16,678 bases of DNA. It comes from an uncultured archaeon (GTDB lineage Archaea > Asgardarchaeota > Lokiarchaeia > Sigyniarchaeales > SOKP01). The stretch spans positions 1 to 16,678 of the forward strand of contig CAZWEM010000068.1 of assembly GCA_964632315.1 (NCBI GenBank), read 5' to 3'. The notes beneath the pieces are model-generated. The model saw only the letters and a program-made list of their open reading frames with translations, was not told the DNA's origin and ran no database searches. The position numbers and the translations under genes were made by a program. Below are positions 16,396-16,678 of this stretch, one piece after another (positions within the stretch are counted from its first letter, which is position 1; every line of letters begins with the position of its first letter).

Positions 16396-16404
16396 ATTAC
16401 TCAA
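16357..16404. repeat. 24-bp tandem duplication (2 copies, 1 mismatch)
   Basis: CCTTTTATTTTGCATGTTACTCAA CCTTTTATTTTGCATATTACTCAA. Confidence 0.95.
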
Positions 16405-16502
16405 TTTCTTCAGTTAAAAAAAATACCATTATATAGAATTCGGGTGAAATGATATTATATAATCGTTTTTTAAACTTGATATAAAAAAAATAGTGAGATT
16501 TT

Positions 16503-16678
16503 ATGAATTTAACAGATCAACAACAAGAAGAACAAAAATCTCGGCATTCTAACTTGACCTACTTGTCATTTGGAATGTACCAGCTTGCGTGGACAATATT
16601 AGTCTCATCATTAGGGTTATTCTTGTACTATTATTATCACGCTGTAATTGGACTTGACCCATTAATGATTCTACTCGC
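16503..16678 (+). CDS. MFS transporter, GPH/MelB-like family, N-terminal fragment (runs off the window)
   Basis: MNLTDQQQEEQKSRHSNLTYLSFGMYQLAWTILVSSLGLFLYYYYHAVIGLDPLMILL; the (Y)xSFG...LYYYY.xV.GL pattern of TM1-TM2 in GPH symporters; not in the ORF track. Confidence 0.75.
   Translation, partial: MNLTDQQQEEQKSRHSNLTYLSFGMYQLAWTILVSSLGLFLYYYYHAVIGLDPLMILL

Noticed and set aside
16357-16404. 24-bp repeat as a CRISPR array
   Set aside because: Only two directly abutting copies, no spacer and no cas genes

Overview
AT-rich archaeal chromosomal window, most consistent with Asgard Lokiarchaeia. This rests on the split archaeal-type glutamate synthase genes, a methanogen-like HdrB, GGAGGTG/GGTGA ribosome-binding sites and a Loki-CTERM-like IPG-TM-basic tail. 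The left part is a tightly coupled minus-strand operon: a single-chain HdrB-HdrC fusion (B-before-C order), then the glutamine amidotransferase subunit gltB1, then the ferredoxin/FMN subunit gltB2. gltB2 runs off the window edge and is missing from the ORF track. A GGGA-N6-TCCC palindrome sits just upstream of the operon. Next come a ~1.1 kb non-coding gap with a possible structured RNA, two tandem small beta-solenoid paralogs with 18-aa coils, a small ORF, an Lrp/AsnC regulator, an orphan FtsX/MacB-type permease, a cytoplasmic GH20 hexosaminidase, a PaaI thioesterase and a VOC protein. The right part holds a 1142-aa surface protein (family-5 solute-binding domain, beta-helix, two Ig-like repeats, C-terminal anchor), a heavily decayed ~1 kb QueG-like Fe-S pseudogene and the start of a GPH-type MFS transporter. 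The best candidate for an undescribed system is a glutamate synthase wired to a heterodisulfide-reductase-type redox module. All family calls come from motif recognition by eye; no searches were run.
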